A DNA stretch of 64,000 nt from Paramoeba atlantica (GCA_977017575.1 CDRNVI010000009.1:186001-250000), one strand, 5' to 3'. Shown: positions 36,095-48,794, counted from the stretch's first letter. Translations and numbers: made by a program. Notes: generated by a model from the letters alone, not told the origin.

Positions 36095-38961
36095 GTAGAT
36101 ATCATTTCATCGGGGCCTCGTTGCCTTCCTAGTTGCACCCACGCTGTTTTAGCAGGGCCTACTCCTATTCTTAGGTTCGCGGAGAGGGCTTGTTCCGCTG
36201 TATCCTCAATCATACTCTGTAGATCAGCCTTGTTATCTGAAAAGAAAAGGAGATCATCAGCATAATTTAGATCCGTAAGACGTGTTTCCCGCAGGCCTCT
36301 GCTCTTGGTACCTTTGGATGATAGAAGGATGCCATGGGATTTTGAATCAATAGCTTTGCTTAATATACGATCCAGAACCATTGCGAAGAGATAGGGAGCG
36401 AGGACATCCCCTTGAAGAATGCCGGTTGTAATGGGGAATGTTTCTGTTAAACCATATGGTGTTCGCACGACCCCTCGCATATTCCGATATACTGACATAA
36501 TCATTTCTCGCAATTTCGGTCCAATGTGAAACGCCACTAGGGATGCATGAATGGCACTAAATGAAACGGATGGAAAAGCTTTCGCAAAATCTACAAAACC
36601 AATGCACATCCCGTTTCCTCTTAATGCTTTTACTCGTGCTTCGTTGAGAATCGCCTGGGCTTGCATTGTCGAACGGTCAGGTCTGAATCCATATTGATTA
36701 TGGCGAAGCACAGGCTCTACATACGGACGAATTCGTTGTAATATTAAACAGTTCATAAGTTTAACAACACAATTTACTAAGCATATGGGCCTCCAATTCT
36801 TTAAAAGAGTCAAGTCACCTTTCTTCGGTATCGGAACTTGTAGGACGTCACCCCAAACTTCCGGAGCCAATCCCGTATCGTAAACGTGGTTGATAATGCT
36901 GAGCAACCACTTTCTAAGATAATCATTATCAACGATGCACGCAAAAGCCTCCATGGGGATTTCATCCTTTCCCGGTGCCTTACCCCCCCCAAAGTGTGAA
37001 ATTCCGCTTCGAAGCTCTTCCTCAGTGAAAGGGGCGTCCTCAAGTGTGTTTGTTGGAAGATTCGTCTCTAAGAATCTTATATTGTCGTCGCCCCCTGTGT
37101 CTCCAGCAAAAGCTTCAAAAAACGTTTTTATCTCCGCCAGCCTCTGTCTGTTTGAGGTCCCCGGTATGTTGAAGTCTGCTCGATCAACTCCACATATTTC
37201 TTTTACTGCTCTCCATGGGCTGGCGTGATTTTTCTTCAGCTTAGATTCTAGGACTTCACAAGACCTAGTTATAGCATCCTCGATTGCTCCCCTGTTGTGT
37301 GATACTAGTTCATTAAAGTCCTTATGCCTTCTGCTTTGCATGAAAATGTTGCGTAGGTTATCTGTTTCAGCACCTTGCAATCCTTCAACAGGTGCCTGTA
37401 TATCAAGAGATATTTTTGTGATTGGTTTCGGAATTTCCTTTCCCGAAGATCGAAGGCAAGAGGCAAGAAGATCCCAGGAAGGAAGATCTTCTGTATGCAG
37501 TTGCGCTGCGACCTGTTCACAAATTCTGTTGTTAAACTTATCTGCATGTTCTGGGTTTGATAATTGAAACCAGTGTATTTTCGATCTTTTGATGTTGGAC
37601 GATATCTTCCATTTGATTCGAATCTCTGCTCGCACAAGAAAGTGCACTGTCGGCGTAGGAGCGGCAAAAACTTGATGATGTCGCAGAGCGGATGCAAAGC
37701 GTGAGCACACTGCAATGTGATCCAACTGGCGTTTAGCATCATTAGGCAATATGCATGTCCATACTCGCTTGCTAGGGCATAAGGAGTGTCCTGATTTGCA
37801 ATCTATCCCTTCCAAAAGCCCCTTCAACCTTTCAACAGCAAGTTCGTCTTCTTCTGTCGTTTTGCTGAAAGTGAGAGGTGCATTTAAGTCCCCAAGTAGA
37901 AGTGCGGGTCTTCGAGGGGCTTTGCCTACTGCTTCGTGAAACGCGTTTGTCAAAGAAATATCAAACTCTTGTTTGGCCTCCTCTGGGGAGTCACGCGTCG
38001 GCCCATATGCGTTGAGCATAAAGGCTGACCCTCCTTCGATGTTGAACTCGCCGGCCATTATCCTATCATTTACTTTCCACGCTTTTATTGGCTCTTGCGT
38101 GATGAACCCCATACCGTTATACCCGTTCACTGCAGACATAAGGTAGACGAAAAAGATTTTATTCCCGTGTCGAAGCTTGCGCTTTAAAATATCAAATCCT
38201 TCGCCAGAAGTAAAAGTAAACCTTGTCTCCTGGAGAGCCAGTATATGCAAGTTGGTTTGTGCCATGTATCGCACAATCTCGTGCAATCGAGCAGAAGCTT
38301 TCAGTTTGAAAACGTCGTCACCTTCAAGTTTCAATGATGTCGTATTAAGAGTGCCTACAGCCAGACACTTCTTCACAGCAGACCCTTTCGGGTCGTCGTC
38401 GCGTAGGGCATGCTTGCCACACAGTACCCTAGTTTTCCGTGCTTTTCTACGGTTGTTCGAACGCCCAGGTTTTCGAATGCGTGCTCCGCATAACACGATT
38501 CGCGAATCATACGGCGGAAAGGGAAGCGTTTCCGATCGCTGGTGGTACTTTACCCGCCAGCGACCTAGCTGAAAGAGGAAACCAGGTCCTCGTTGAGTTA
38601 CAGTGCCCTTCCAAATCCGAAACTCCGCACTGCTCGCGTATCTCCAGCAGAGTGCGATGTTGTAACCTGGGCGAAGAATTTTACTAATGCTCATCACTGC
38701 ACGGGAGCGAAGTTTAGCATGCCCGTCTGACCCCAACATCGGGTCAAACAGAGCACCCCGACCTAACGTGGACCTAACCAGAAGGTTAATAATTCCTAGC
38801 TGTGCAGGCCCTGACGCCTCCGCCATATTTTTGAAAATGTTCAAAAAAGCAAAGGTCTTCAAAAAAACAAAGGTCTTCAAAAAAACAAAGGTCGGCAGTG
38901 TATAATTTTCTTTTTTAGGCTCTTCGTTAAACGCGGTGGTTGCTTTCAACTTAGAAGTCAC
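36095..38961 (-). mobile_element. APE-type LINE (AP endonuclease + RT), RT cut shortly after YADD
   Basis: GTLN, LALQETR, NAYGPT, LLGDLNA, QLDHI (APE); KAPGKDEI, WRPICL, QYGFR, FVDFAKAF, GILQGDVLAPYLF, YADD (RT). Likely start MAEASG at 38826. Confidence 0.9.
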
Positions 38962-39028
38962 TCATGCTGCGCGCTTCGCGTTGAAAACTACCGCCGCGTT
39001 TAACGAAGAGCCTAAAAAAGAAAATTTA
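38904..39028. repeat. ~50-bp-arm inverted repeat
   Basis: aattttcttttttaggctcttcgttaaacgcggtggttg...caac versus gttg...accgccgcgtttaacgaagagcctaaaaaagaaaatt. Confidence 0.85.
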
Positions 39029-39029
39029 G

Positions 39030-39785
39030 CCTGGAAAACGGAAAGATTATAGCCAAAAATAGCCGAATTTCGGGTACAAATGGGGTCATTTTCGCATATT
39101 TTTGCTCTCAGAGCACTAAATCCGACATTTGCGCGTGGGAAATCACTCGCAGGCATGAATGAAAGCCTACCGAACGTATTGGGTAGAGAATACGACTCCA
39201 ACCATACCATTCTTTCGACACAAAAATGCCCCTTTAGGTCCGAAAAATACTTTTTCACCTTTTTTAGTCAAAAGTGGGTCATTTTGAGGGCCGCACCACA
39301 GTTCGAAGAAGTGATACCTTGCGAAAACAACTGCGTAGAAAGCTAGTGTAGGTCCCAAACTATCAAAATACAATAGGGGAAACGATTTTGGAAAAATATT
39401 TTTTTTGTCATTTTTTTCGCCAAGTTGAATTTTTTTTCGAAAAAATTTTTCCGAAAAAATCCGAACTTGGCGGACCCGTCCTGCGGATACGCGGGGGGGT
39501 CACCCCCGGGTAGGGGGGTGGAAAATGCGCGCCAAGACCCCGGCTACCCTTTCTGCGGTTTTTTTTCGAAAACTAATTTTTTCGAAAAAAATTGATCGAC
39601 CATGCCCCCCCCCCTGGACCCCCCATTTTTTTCAAAAAAATTTTTCAGTTTTGGACCACCGGAGCCCCCTTTTATATTTTTTTCTTCTATTATATTACTG
39701 TGTTCCTCTTTATATTTTCACTGTTTTTGTTCACTTTTTTTTCAATAATCGAGTGTAGAGCGGTAGTTTTACAACCACCGCAATT
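39030..39785 (+). mobile_element. Non-coding dispersed repeat family X, copy 1
   Basis: Colinear with the reverse complement of about 48895-49760; terminal hairpin gcggtagtt-ttac-aaccaccgc; a third end at about 60822-60875. Confidence 0.7.
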
Positions 39786-40915
39786 ATAGTTATAAAAAAT
39801 AATGAAAGAAAATGGTAGTTGGTAGGCGTCAGTATCATCAGCGGAGGGGGTGCAGACGGTACCTGTAGCTCGCTGTCGAACGGTGGCAACCAATGGCGAC
39901 CGGTTGCGAACGCTGTAGGTAATTTTTCGAAGATCGAAGGGTTTACCGATTCATTGGAAGATCAGTCGGACAGGGGGTGACGTGTGAGAGATAACTAGGG
40001 AGGAGGTACAGTACTTCGCTTGTATAGTTACTTATGCCCGCAAATGACCACATCACGGAGTAAGTGCCTTTTTTGCGATCACCCGATCAATTGTAGGAAA
40101 AGAAGGGACTTTTAACAGCATGGGTCCGAAATAGTGTATAAATTAAAGTTTAGTTTATCATGAACTTGTAGTGCAGTTACCGACGTTATCTTTACCCGCC
40201 CCACATCTAGGCGGTGCCGCACGCTGGTGCACTGATCATTTCAAAAGCGTACAGTACGTGGCAGGAGAGTTCCTCTGATGTACAGTACAGTATAGCATGC
40301 AAAGACTCGCCGTACAGATCGGTGGAGGTCAGTGTGGATCGGAGGAGATCGCTGGAGATCATTTTTGAACGCCCAAAGGGACTACCTGCAGACTCTCCAT
40401 TTCAACAGCGGCGAAAATTGGTACAAAAATTCGTACCACAAAAAAAAATCGCGCCGCTTTGCGCCGCTGTTCTTCTGAACGATGCGTCAAAATTGCGCTT
40501 AAGTGGCCGGGTCAAACGGTTGCGCATAAGTAGAGGGGGACAGTATAACAAAAATGAAAATTTATAATTATATTTATAAAAATTAATGAGAGAGGGTAGG
40601 TAGAAAGACGTGATATACAACACTTTAGCTGATAGGATGAACCAATTTGTTTCACTGTAAGGATAGATTGCGGGTAAACGAAGATGATAATTATGAGATG
40701 TTAACGATAAATATTTGCTTAAGCACCCATAGAGTAATGAAGGGAGGACTAAGGTACGAAAGGCAGATCTGCACTTTCTGGAGAAAATTCTTCCTGTCCC
40801 TTCGTCTCCACAAACGTGATTATACGCCAATTTCTACGAATTTCTTCTTGATCAGCGATGCGCTGCGGGGAAAAATAAAAGCCAAGTCCGCTGTCCGAGG
40901 TGAGGTCCAAATGTT

Positions 40916-41314
40916 TCGGGGACATAGAAATAATGTAAACGGGGGTCCGGTTTGCATACCTGTGACCTGGTACCATACCTGGGGAGGGGTATGGTATCGT
41001 GACCCAGGGTCGATAGCATACCCCTCCCCCCCTGGTTTTCCAGGCAGACAACATGTGATGTCGACTTCTTGTTCGAGGTGGCCCACGTGGATCATAACCC
41101 TACAGAGCATTATTCGTTTGTTTTCTTTACTATTTATCGCGTTTTTTCACTTCTATGACTTTTACTGGTGATATTATTAACATCCACTGGTAACATTTGC
41201 TAGTAATCACTTTTTTACAAATTTAGCCAAACAACTTAGCATACCTGTGACCTGCTACCATACCTGTGACCTCGTACCTTACCGGGGGATATGTTGAACC
41301 GGACCCCCGTTTAC
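40916..41314. mobile_element. MITE-like element
   Basis: Inverted termini taaacgggggtccggtt / aaccggacccccgttta; internal catacctgtgacct repeats. Confidence 0.55.
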
Positions 41315-41611
41315 TTCAGAAAAAATTGAAAGGGTATGACTCTGAACGAAATTATAAATTTTTGCAAAAGAATACCAAAGGTCATTTATAAAAATTAATG
41401 AGAGGGGGACCAGTTGCCTCCCCTCTAAAACAGTATTTCTTTGTACTTCATATCTTTAATTTTACCTCATTGGACCCAGTTCACGAACACACTCTAATGA
41501 CCATTAGAATTTTATTCTAATTCATCACCATTAGTACTCTAATCCCATTTACTTTAATATTTTTTGTATATCACATACAACCTCCCCTCCCTCTCACTAC
41601 CCCCCCTCCTC

Positions 41612-42322
41612 TCACACCTCCCCTCCCTGCCCCGACACCTTAATCCACTTTGGAAGCCTCTCCCTGTCCTCCACACCAAACCCGGAGAACCGGTTCCGGT
41701 CCAACGCCACCTCCACCATACAGGGAGGCAGTGCCGTGACATCCGCAATCCCGGAGAATTGGTTGTCGGACAAGTACAACATCCGCATCCCCGCCGGGAG
41801 CTTGGTTAACTCCACCTCCCCACCCAGGCGGTTCTTTCGCAGGGAAAGCAGCCGAAGCCCCGGGGGGAGTGCGGTGAGCCCCACGCCCCCGTAGTACACG
41901 TTATCCGCGAGCACGACTCGGGTCACGGAGCGTGGGAGCTGGGTGAGATCGAGCGTGTCGGATATCACGTTGTAGGAGAGGTTCAAAACCTCCAGGGCGG
42001 GGGGGAGGGCGGTGAGGGCGTGGAACCCAGCCAGGTGGTTGCGTGAGAGGTTGAGGCTTTGCAGGGTGGGGGGGAGGGAGGGGGTGGTGAGGGTGCCGGA
42101 GAGTTTGCGGTACCCCCAGTGGAGGTGGGTGACGCGGAGGTTCTCGTTGCAGTGGACCCCGGCCCATGTACAGGCGGGGGTTTCGGAGGTCCAGGTGGGT
42201 TCGGAGTGGGTGAGGGAGGTGATGGCGCGCTCCAGGAGGAGTTCCGGGGGGAGGGTGGCGTGGGAGACTTTGGCGGGACGGCGGGGTGGGGGGGTGTCAC
42301 GGCAGGGGGAGGAAAGGATCAT
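41612..42322 (-). CDS. Leucine-rich repeat protein (GC-rich paralog)
   Basis: PACTWAGVHC N-cap and LRR units; 236 aa open. Confidence 0.9.
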   Translation of the reverse strand: MILSSPCRDTPPPRRPAKVSHATLPPELLLERAITSLTHSEPTWTSETPACTWAGVHCNENLRVTHLHWGYRKLSGTLTTPSLPPTLQSLNLSRNHLAGFHALTALPPALEVLNLSYNVISDTLDLTQLPRSVTRVVLADNVYYGGVGLTALPPGLRLLSLRKNRLGGEVELTKLPAGMRMLYLSDNQFSGIADVTALPPCMVEVALDRNRFSGFGVEDRERLPKWIKVSGQGGEV

Positions 42323-42481
42323 TTGTGGTTCGTAAAGTATTATGTCGGATGGGTAAAGTCAGTGTAGATAGGGGGCGGCGAAGTGAAGTTCAAGAAATCG
42401 GAAGGGGGGAGTAAAACGAAAAGATTGGATGTATTTTTGAGTCCTCTAGGTATCCACTTAGAATCGACAACTTAGAATACA

Positions 42482-43602
42482 ATGTATTCTACTAACTTTT
42501 GCAACAGATCAATAATTTTTTCCTTAGACGTTTCTCTATATCTATCTTTAGCTTTGTTTTTCAATGCCCAAGAGCATCTCCTCGCGGAAGTCGAATCTGA
42601 ACTTTTTTCTCCCAGGGGCACATTGCGAAGAGAAAAATCGCAAAATAAAAATCATGATGAACTATTGAGCACCTTTGGTAAGGAGCATCGAATCGTTCTA
42701 CAACAAATTCTTGATCAATATAATGCGGCCATTGTTACTCTGTTTAGTGAATCTGCTAACTTACTTATTTTGGGATCAGTTGATCTTTTGCTTGCGGAAG
42801 AGATTGAAACCCGAGGCAATCTGGTTCTTGAAAGCAGTGTTAGCTAGTGTAAAATCCAGTTATTATTATTTTCAGACTCATTTGCAACGACCGAATCAGG
42901 ACCAGTGTTTAATGTCAACGGAGAGTTGACTTTCCGCGTAAATGTTTTATGGAATATGCTTCCGCAGCCTTTGGTACAACAAAATTTGCAGCGCACGAAG
43001 CAACTTCCAACATGCTTAAGAATTGCTGTTTGTGATGCAATCGACCGGCTGGCATCTACTGTGTCCAGTTCCCTAGAGAAAAGGGTTCGGGAAAATATGT
43101 TCCTAATTTTCGATAAAATTAAAAAGAGATTAAATTATTGTTTACTTCTAATGCGGATCAGCTGTCTTATTAAAACATTCGTAGTTGGCATCATATTCGC
43201 CAAGACAAAGGCATCCAAGGCTTAACTCCATTAACTGGGTCGAACGCAAGGCCTTCACTCAAGAATCACTTTACGTCCTTCATAAAAAGGCTTGTCGAAA
43301 AATGTCACTTTTTTGGCATTCCTGTGAGCAAGGCATACTTCTGGAGGATGGTTTGTGAATCGATTCTTGCCCCTGCAAATGAAACGTCTGATTTGATTGA
43401 GCTTGTTGAGGAAATCAAAAAGGATCAAGGAGAAAAACAAGAATTATGGACACCACTTTTCTCCGGTGGTTGTAAGAATTTGACGTTGTTCTCAAATCAG
43501 CTAAAAGAACTGAGCAGTCTCTTCCACTTGATTGGGAAAATCAGGGGCGTGATATGCTCCTTCGTATGGTTTATCACATTTTGTATGCCCAACATGGAAT
43601 AA
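42482..43602 (+). pseudogene. Decayed unknown coding sequence
   Basis: ORFs 42482-42847 and 42905-43225 share one frame split by a TAG; 43324-43602 follows in a shifted frame. Confidence 0.35.
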
Positions 43603-44056
43603 CTGAAGAGGATATAATTGTCAACATCGACGAAACTGGCATTGCGTACAACAAGCTCGCCGAACTTGGAGTCGGTTACAAAGGTCAAAAAACTTAGCTC
43701 TAGGAGATTATCTTCTATCTACGTCTATCTTAGATAGACGTAGTTGCACGCTTTTGGCCGGTATAACTCTGTCACGTTCCCTACTTTGTCCCTTCGTTGT
43801 CTGAAATAGCAAGGAGACATCTTGCAAAGTGAGTGTAGATAGGGAGCGACGAAGTGAAGTAAGTAAAGGGAAGCAGGAGGGAGCCCCCCTCTTCGCAGGA
43901 GGGTCCGACAAGATAAAAATTGTACCATTGTTTTAGGTGATCCAAAATGTTTCCAAACTGATCAAGAACTAAACACATATTCATCTTTCTGTACTCAAAA
44001 TGTACCCAAAAATAGCAATTTTTAGATTTTTAGTCTGGATAGTAAAAATAAGGACA

Positions 44057-44238
44057 TACTGTCCCCCCCGTTTAAGCGCACTTCGTTTTCCGTGAAAAGT
44101 GCGCTTAAACGGGGGGGTCTGAATCACTACATAAAAAAAAATTGGCGCCGCTTCGCGGCGCCGGTCTCTTCCCTTCAACTCTATGTGCGCTTAAACGGGG
44201 TGTTAAAACGGGTGCGCTTAAGGGGAGGGGGGACAGTA
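44057..44238. mobile_element. MITE, TACTGTCCCC family
   Basis: tactgtcccccccgtttaagcgcac / gtgcgcttaaggggaggggggacagta; central GC hairpin. Confidence 0.8.
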
Positions 44239-44348
44239 CAATATTTCTGTTCTGAGATATTTGTGTGTTGGGCATTTTATGGCAGAAAGCTTTATGGCTT
44301 GATCGTTTTTCTACGTATCCGATATGAAAGAAATCAAAAGAAAGCGAA

Positions 44349-45094
44349 TCACACTTCAACCAGAATATTGGTACCATTGAGGTATAAAACTAGTTTGGGA
44401 ACCTTCTTTCGATGAACCGTCCCCGAAAGGCCTATGTTATTTTCTAGCTGCAATGTTGCCAAATGCCTCGGAAGAGAGTCAAAGTCCGCCGTTCCAGTGA
44501 ATTTGTTAAAAGACATCGCAAGAGTTTTTAATTGCCCCGGGAGGTATTGCAACACCAGGGTACCGGTAAATAAATTGTGGCAAAGAAATAAACTTTTGAG
44601 TGAGTAGGTCAGTTGCGTCAGGCAAATTTCTCCGACGAGCTGATTATTGTTGACTGAAAGAGTCTCCATACTCGCGGACAAGGCTGTAAGATCGAGTGTC
44701 CCTGTAAAGTCGTTTCGTTGGAGGTTTAATCGAGCCAATGAAGGAGGGAGATGGTTGAGCCACAGCTCTCCTGTCAGCAAGTTTCGATCCACCCGAACCG
44801 TGGTCATCCAGGGTGAGTCAGGGAGAAATCGTAACCTCAGCCTACCCCTCATTTTGCGTTCATTCCACTTGATATCTGAAACCAAATTCCGATCGTTACA
44901 GGAAACCCCGTCCCACGCACAGGCTGGTGTTTCTTTGTTCCAAGACCAGTGTGGATTAGTGACGTCTTGGATGAGATGTACAGTTCTTGCGGGCGTGCTA
45001 CCCCTCGTACTTTACGGAGGCTACCGGTGTCTTCACTTGTAACCGTGTTACATGAGAGTTGATAAACATCAAGAACAGGGAACGACCTCATCAT
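44349..45094 (-). pseudogene. LRR gene with one frameshift (about 44975)
   Basis: DTGSLRKVRGVARPQEL in one frame continues as LIQDVTNPHWSWNKETPACAWDGVSC...LRR in another. Confidence 0.75.
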
Positions 45095-45318
45095 TTTAGT
45101 TAATATTAATTTAGAAAGAGGGTCTGAAAAGGACGTGCGTAACATATTAGTATTCATTTCGTACTCACCAGACGCGTTTCTCATATTGATTAGTCATAAG
45201 GTTTCTCCAACCGTTTCATCCACGGTAACCAAATTACTCAGCCTCACGCCCAACCTCCCTACCCGAACCTCAACTCAAAAGCACACACACACACACACAC
45301 ACACCCTCCCCCCAACCC

Positions 45319-46839
45319 TCACCCCCGCCTCTTACTCACCCACGCCTCAAACTGCATCCCCACACGATCCTCCGTAACCCTCGTCCTTAACGTCACCTCA
45401 TCCCCCTCCCTTACCCTTAACCCACACACCTCCCCCCTTTTCTCCAGCAACTGCACCCCCTGCCCCCACTGCATATCCCGTGCCAGGTTCCCCACCGTGT
45501 CCCGTGGGTCCGTCGAGAGCACGGGCCCGACGGGCTCCCCCCCCGCCTCCTCCCCCCCCGCTGCCTCCTGGAACGCCTTCCAGTACAGCAGCACGGCGTG
45601 GGCGACCCCGGGGGCGGTGACGCGCACCGCCTCGGTGTCCCACGGGGCGCGGGGGGAGAGGGCGGCGGGGGTGGCGGAGGCGTAGTCGACGGTGAAGAGG
45701 GGGACGGGGTCGCACAGGGGGGTGTGGGGGACGTGGTTGAGGGGGAACCCGAGCTTCTTGGTGAAGACGACGCTGGAGGTGTCGCGGAGGGTGTCCATGG
45801 GGGAGAGGGAGAGGTGGAAGGGGTAGGGGGAGGGGGAGGGGGAGGGGGGGGTAGGGTTGTCGTTATTACGGTTGTGGTTGTGGATAGGGTTGTTATTGGG
45901 GTTGTTGTTGTTGTTGTGATTAGGGTTGTTGTTGTTAGGGTTGTTGTGATTAGGGTTGTTGTTGTTAGGGTTGTTGTTGTTAGGGCTGTTGTTGTGATTA
46001 GGGTCGTTGTTGTTGTTAGGGTTGTTGTTGTTGTTATTAGGGTTGTTGTTGTTGTTTGGGTTGTTGTTGTTGGGGTTGTGACCTGAGGTAGAGATGGAGG
46101 TGAGATCCTCGAGAGTGGGACAGTGTAACAAGACGGCGTACTGGCGGCCGTAACGTGGGAGGATGGTGGTGGTGGGGGGGAGGATAAGACCGCGGGAACG
46201 GAGGTCGGTAATGTAGTCCAGACTACTCTCTCCGAGGAGAAGGGTGCCGAAGAGCTCGCTGAGGAGAAGGTCGGGGGGTGAGCAGGGGTCAGGGAGGTCG
46301 TGAGGGGTGAGGTCGGTGCTCATTTTGTGAAGTACACGGATGGTGGGGGAGAGATGGTTGGCGGCAATGTTGGCGGTGGCGAGACGAGCGAGGTCGGCGC
46401 TTCCCTCGACGGCAAGAACGGTGCGAGCACCAAGTTTGGCGGCCATCATGGAGAGCAGCCCACTGCCGGTTCCAATCTCAAGAACAGAGGTCACTCCGGG
46501 GATTATTTTGGCTCGTAAAAGGTCGTGGTAAAACGCATTCCGAGGGTGATCATTGATCATGGCATAGTGAAAGTCGTTTACGGCACTGACCAAGTCAGTG
46601 CTGACGTGACGAAGCCGAGGGGGGACGTAGAAGGAGGGGTCAAACTCGCTCTGAAAAAGTCGGCCCGAGAAGTGACCTGGGGGTGCAAACCCGATGCAAG
46701 ATGGGGAATGCGAAGCCTCAGCGGAGGATTTTAATCGAGAGTTTGAAAGAGTTTTCTTTTGTGCAAATTTCTTTTTGTTTCGGGGTGCAGAGGCTGGTCG
46801 AAAAGATGCCGAAGGTGGAGGCATTACTTTTTCAGACAA
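45319..46839 (-). CDS. PRMT7: Protein arginine methyltransferase, kinetoplastid PRMT7 type, with Asn/Pro/His insertion
   Basis: VNDFHYAMIND..RN, VLEIGTGSGLLSMMAAKLGA, AVEGS, LLSELFGTLLLGES, RDMQWGQ match trypanosomatid PRMT7 as recalled. Confidence 0.9.
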   Translation of the reverse strand: MSEKVMPPPSASFRPASAPRNKKKFAQKKTLSNSRLKSSAEASHSPSCIGFAPPGHFSGRLFQSEFDPSFYVPPRLRHVSTDLVSAVNDFHYAMINDHPRNAFYHDLLRAKIIPGVTSVLEIGTGSGLLSMMAAKLGARTVLAVEGSADLARLATANIAANHLSPTIRVLHKMSTDLTPHDLPDPCSPPDLLLSELFGTLLLGESSLDYITDLRSRGLILPPTTTILPRYGRQYAVLLHCPTLEDLTSISTSGHNPNNNNPNNNNNPNNNNNNPNNNNDPNHNNSPNNNNPNNNNPNHNNPNNNNPNHNNNNNPNNNPIHNHNRNNDNPTPPSPSPSPYPFHLSLSPMDTLRDTSSVVFTKKLGFPLNHVPHTPLCDPVPLFTVDYASATPAALSPRAPWDTEAVRVTAPGVAHAVLLYWKAFQEAAGGEEAGGEPVGPVLSTDPRDTVGNLARDMQWGQGVQLLEKRGEVCGLRVREGDEVTLRTRVTEDRVGMQFEAWVSKRRG

Positions 46840-47458
46840 ACAAGTAATAAGTAAGATTGGATTCTAACAGTGTTAACAAACTCTGTATTTCCTACTTACA
46901 GTTTAACGAAACTACAGACGAAACTACTATTTTCACAGCCTCCACAAACACGCTTGTCACCGGTCCCAATCCCGGCAGGTCATGCATTGAAATATGCATG
47001 ATCAGTGTGAGGGTAGGATAGCATTCAGTAAATTCTAGAATGTGAATAAATTAAAAGCTTTGTTTTCCGTATAAAGTTGTATAGCACACATCGTACCTAA
47101 ACGATCATGCAAAGCAAATAGTAAACTCCACGTCTTTTTATCTCGGACCGCTACCGTTCAAGTTATATTTCTTACCAAATTATACACCCAATAATGTACA
47201 CCGGCGGTAACCGCGCCTGTCACGAGGAAAAGAAGAGGAGAGAGGGCGCATTACGCCTGGCACAGAATGGAGGTCTCAACACGCCGTGCTGCGCGTCCCG
47301 CAGCGCACGTCGATCCCGCGTGAGGCCTTGGGCAGCGGCCCTAGCATCCAGTCCCCGGGCAGCCCACTGCTCCAGGGGGCGTGCGATCCTCACCGGTTGT
47401 GTGATGTACCACGAGTGCTCACCAAGTATGCTCACCTCGCTGTGAAGATGAAATTCTC

Positions 47459-48794
47459 AAGGAGGTAAAATCTGTTTTTCTATTTTGAAGTTCGTTTGAA
47501 GTACGAAGCTTGAAGTACGTATCTTTTACTCGTTACGTTTTTAGTTCTTTAGTTTGAATTATTCTCTTCTTACTAAGTAAGAATCTTACCTCCTAAGTAA
47601 TGCTTAGGAGGCAAGATCTACAAGGAAGAAAGATCTGTTGTTGGATTTTGAAGTTTGTTTAAAAGTTAAAGTACGAATCTTTTATTCGGGCATTTTTAGT
47701 TGTTTAGTTTGAATGATTCTCTGCTTCCTTCTCATCTTACAATTTTTTTTGTCTGGGTCATATTTTATCCTGTAATTACCTACATGTACGGCATCACTAG
47801 GGACCAACTAATCGACTTTTTCCTTGAGCTTAGGCGATTAAATCCCATTGGCGTGACACATACAGATCTCAGACGCCTTAGCTCTTCGTTAGCTATGTGC
47901 GCTTTGAACTCCACGAGGGAGCAACTGTATGATTTACAGCCCATGTGGATAGGTCCCGAAACAACCCCATTGTCCATCAGGACTCTGCGCGATGACTTTA
48001 GCCGCGTCGCTGAGCTTTGCCGCTCCAAGGTTCTCATGAACCCTAAGCTTCGTTTCGAGCATGGGGTATCTTGGATGTCTGCATGGATGTACATACATGA
48101 TGGACGTCACGACAATCTCATGTCGTGCAAGGAAACCGGGGGACGTATGGGACGAAGCCTCTCAGGAAATGAGAAAAAAAGATGCAACCTACTCCGGCAA
48201 GCACAGGGAACACTTTTTTAAAGTGGAGTTCTGGCTTACGCTTGCCGGAGTCCATATTTTTTTTCGTGGACCTGTTCAGGGCAGTGTACATGATGCGAGA
48301 ATTTATAAAGAGGAAACCACGCACGGAACATTTCTTTTTGATCATCATGAAGATGAAATGTTTTTGGCGGATCTAGGATACGTGGGTTGCAACCACTGTT
48401 TTGTTCCATTCAAGGCACCGCGCAAAGGTTGCCTTGATGAACACCAGGATTGGTTCAACCGCATGCAATTCGCTCCAGAATCGAGCGCTGTTTTGCTCAT
48501 TTCGATAAATTTCGGTTTTTTCATGGAACGGACCACGATATTACGTGGGTAAAGGATGCCGTTCAGATTGTATCTGTTGCAGTGTACGGTTTGCTTGCAT
48601 CAGAACCCCAATACGACTTTGATAGTGAAATAAATGCACATTTACAAAATATCGATGACTCATCTTTTTGTTGGTGTAGCAAAGGGTGCGGTTTCGTCAA
48701 AGCGATTGATGAACGGAGGGAGTGGCTCAAAGAACACGTATACGATGTGGGATATGTTCCCAAGAAACCACAGCATGGATCTAAAACTAAATAA
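47459..48794 (+). mobile_element. PIF/Harbinger-ISL2EU-like (DDE_Tnp_4) transposase, frameshifted
   Basis: MDVTTI...YSGKHREH...GPVQGSVHDARI...FLADLGYVG...IRSRIERCFAHFDKF spread over three frames. Confidence 0.8.
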
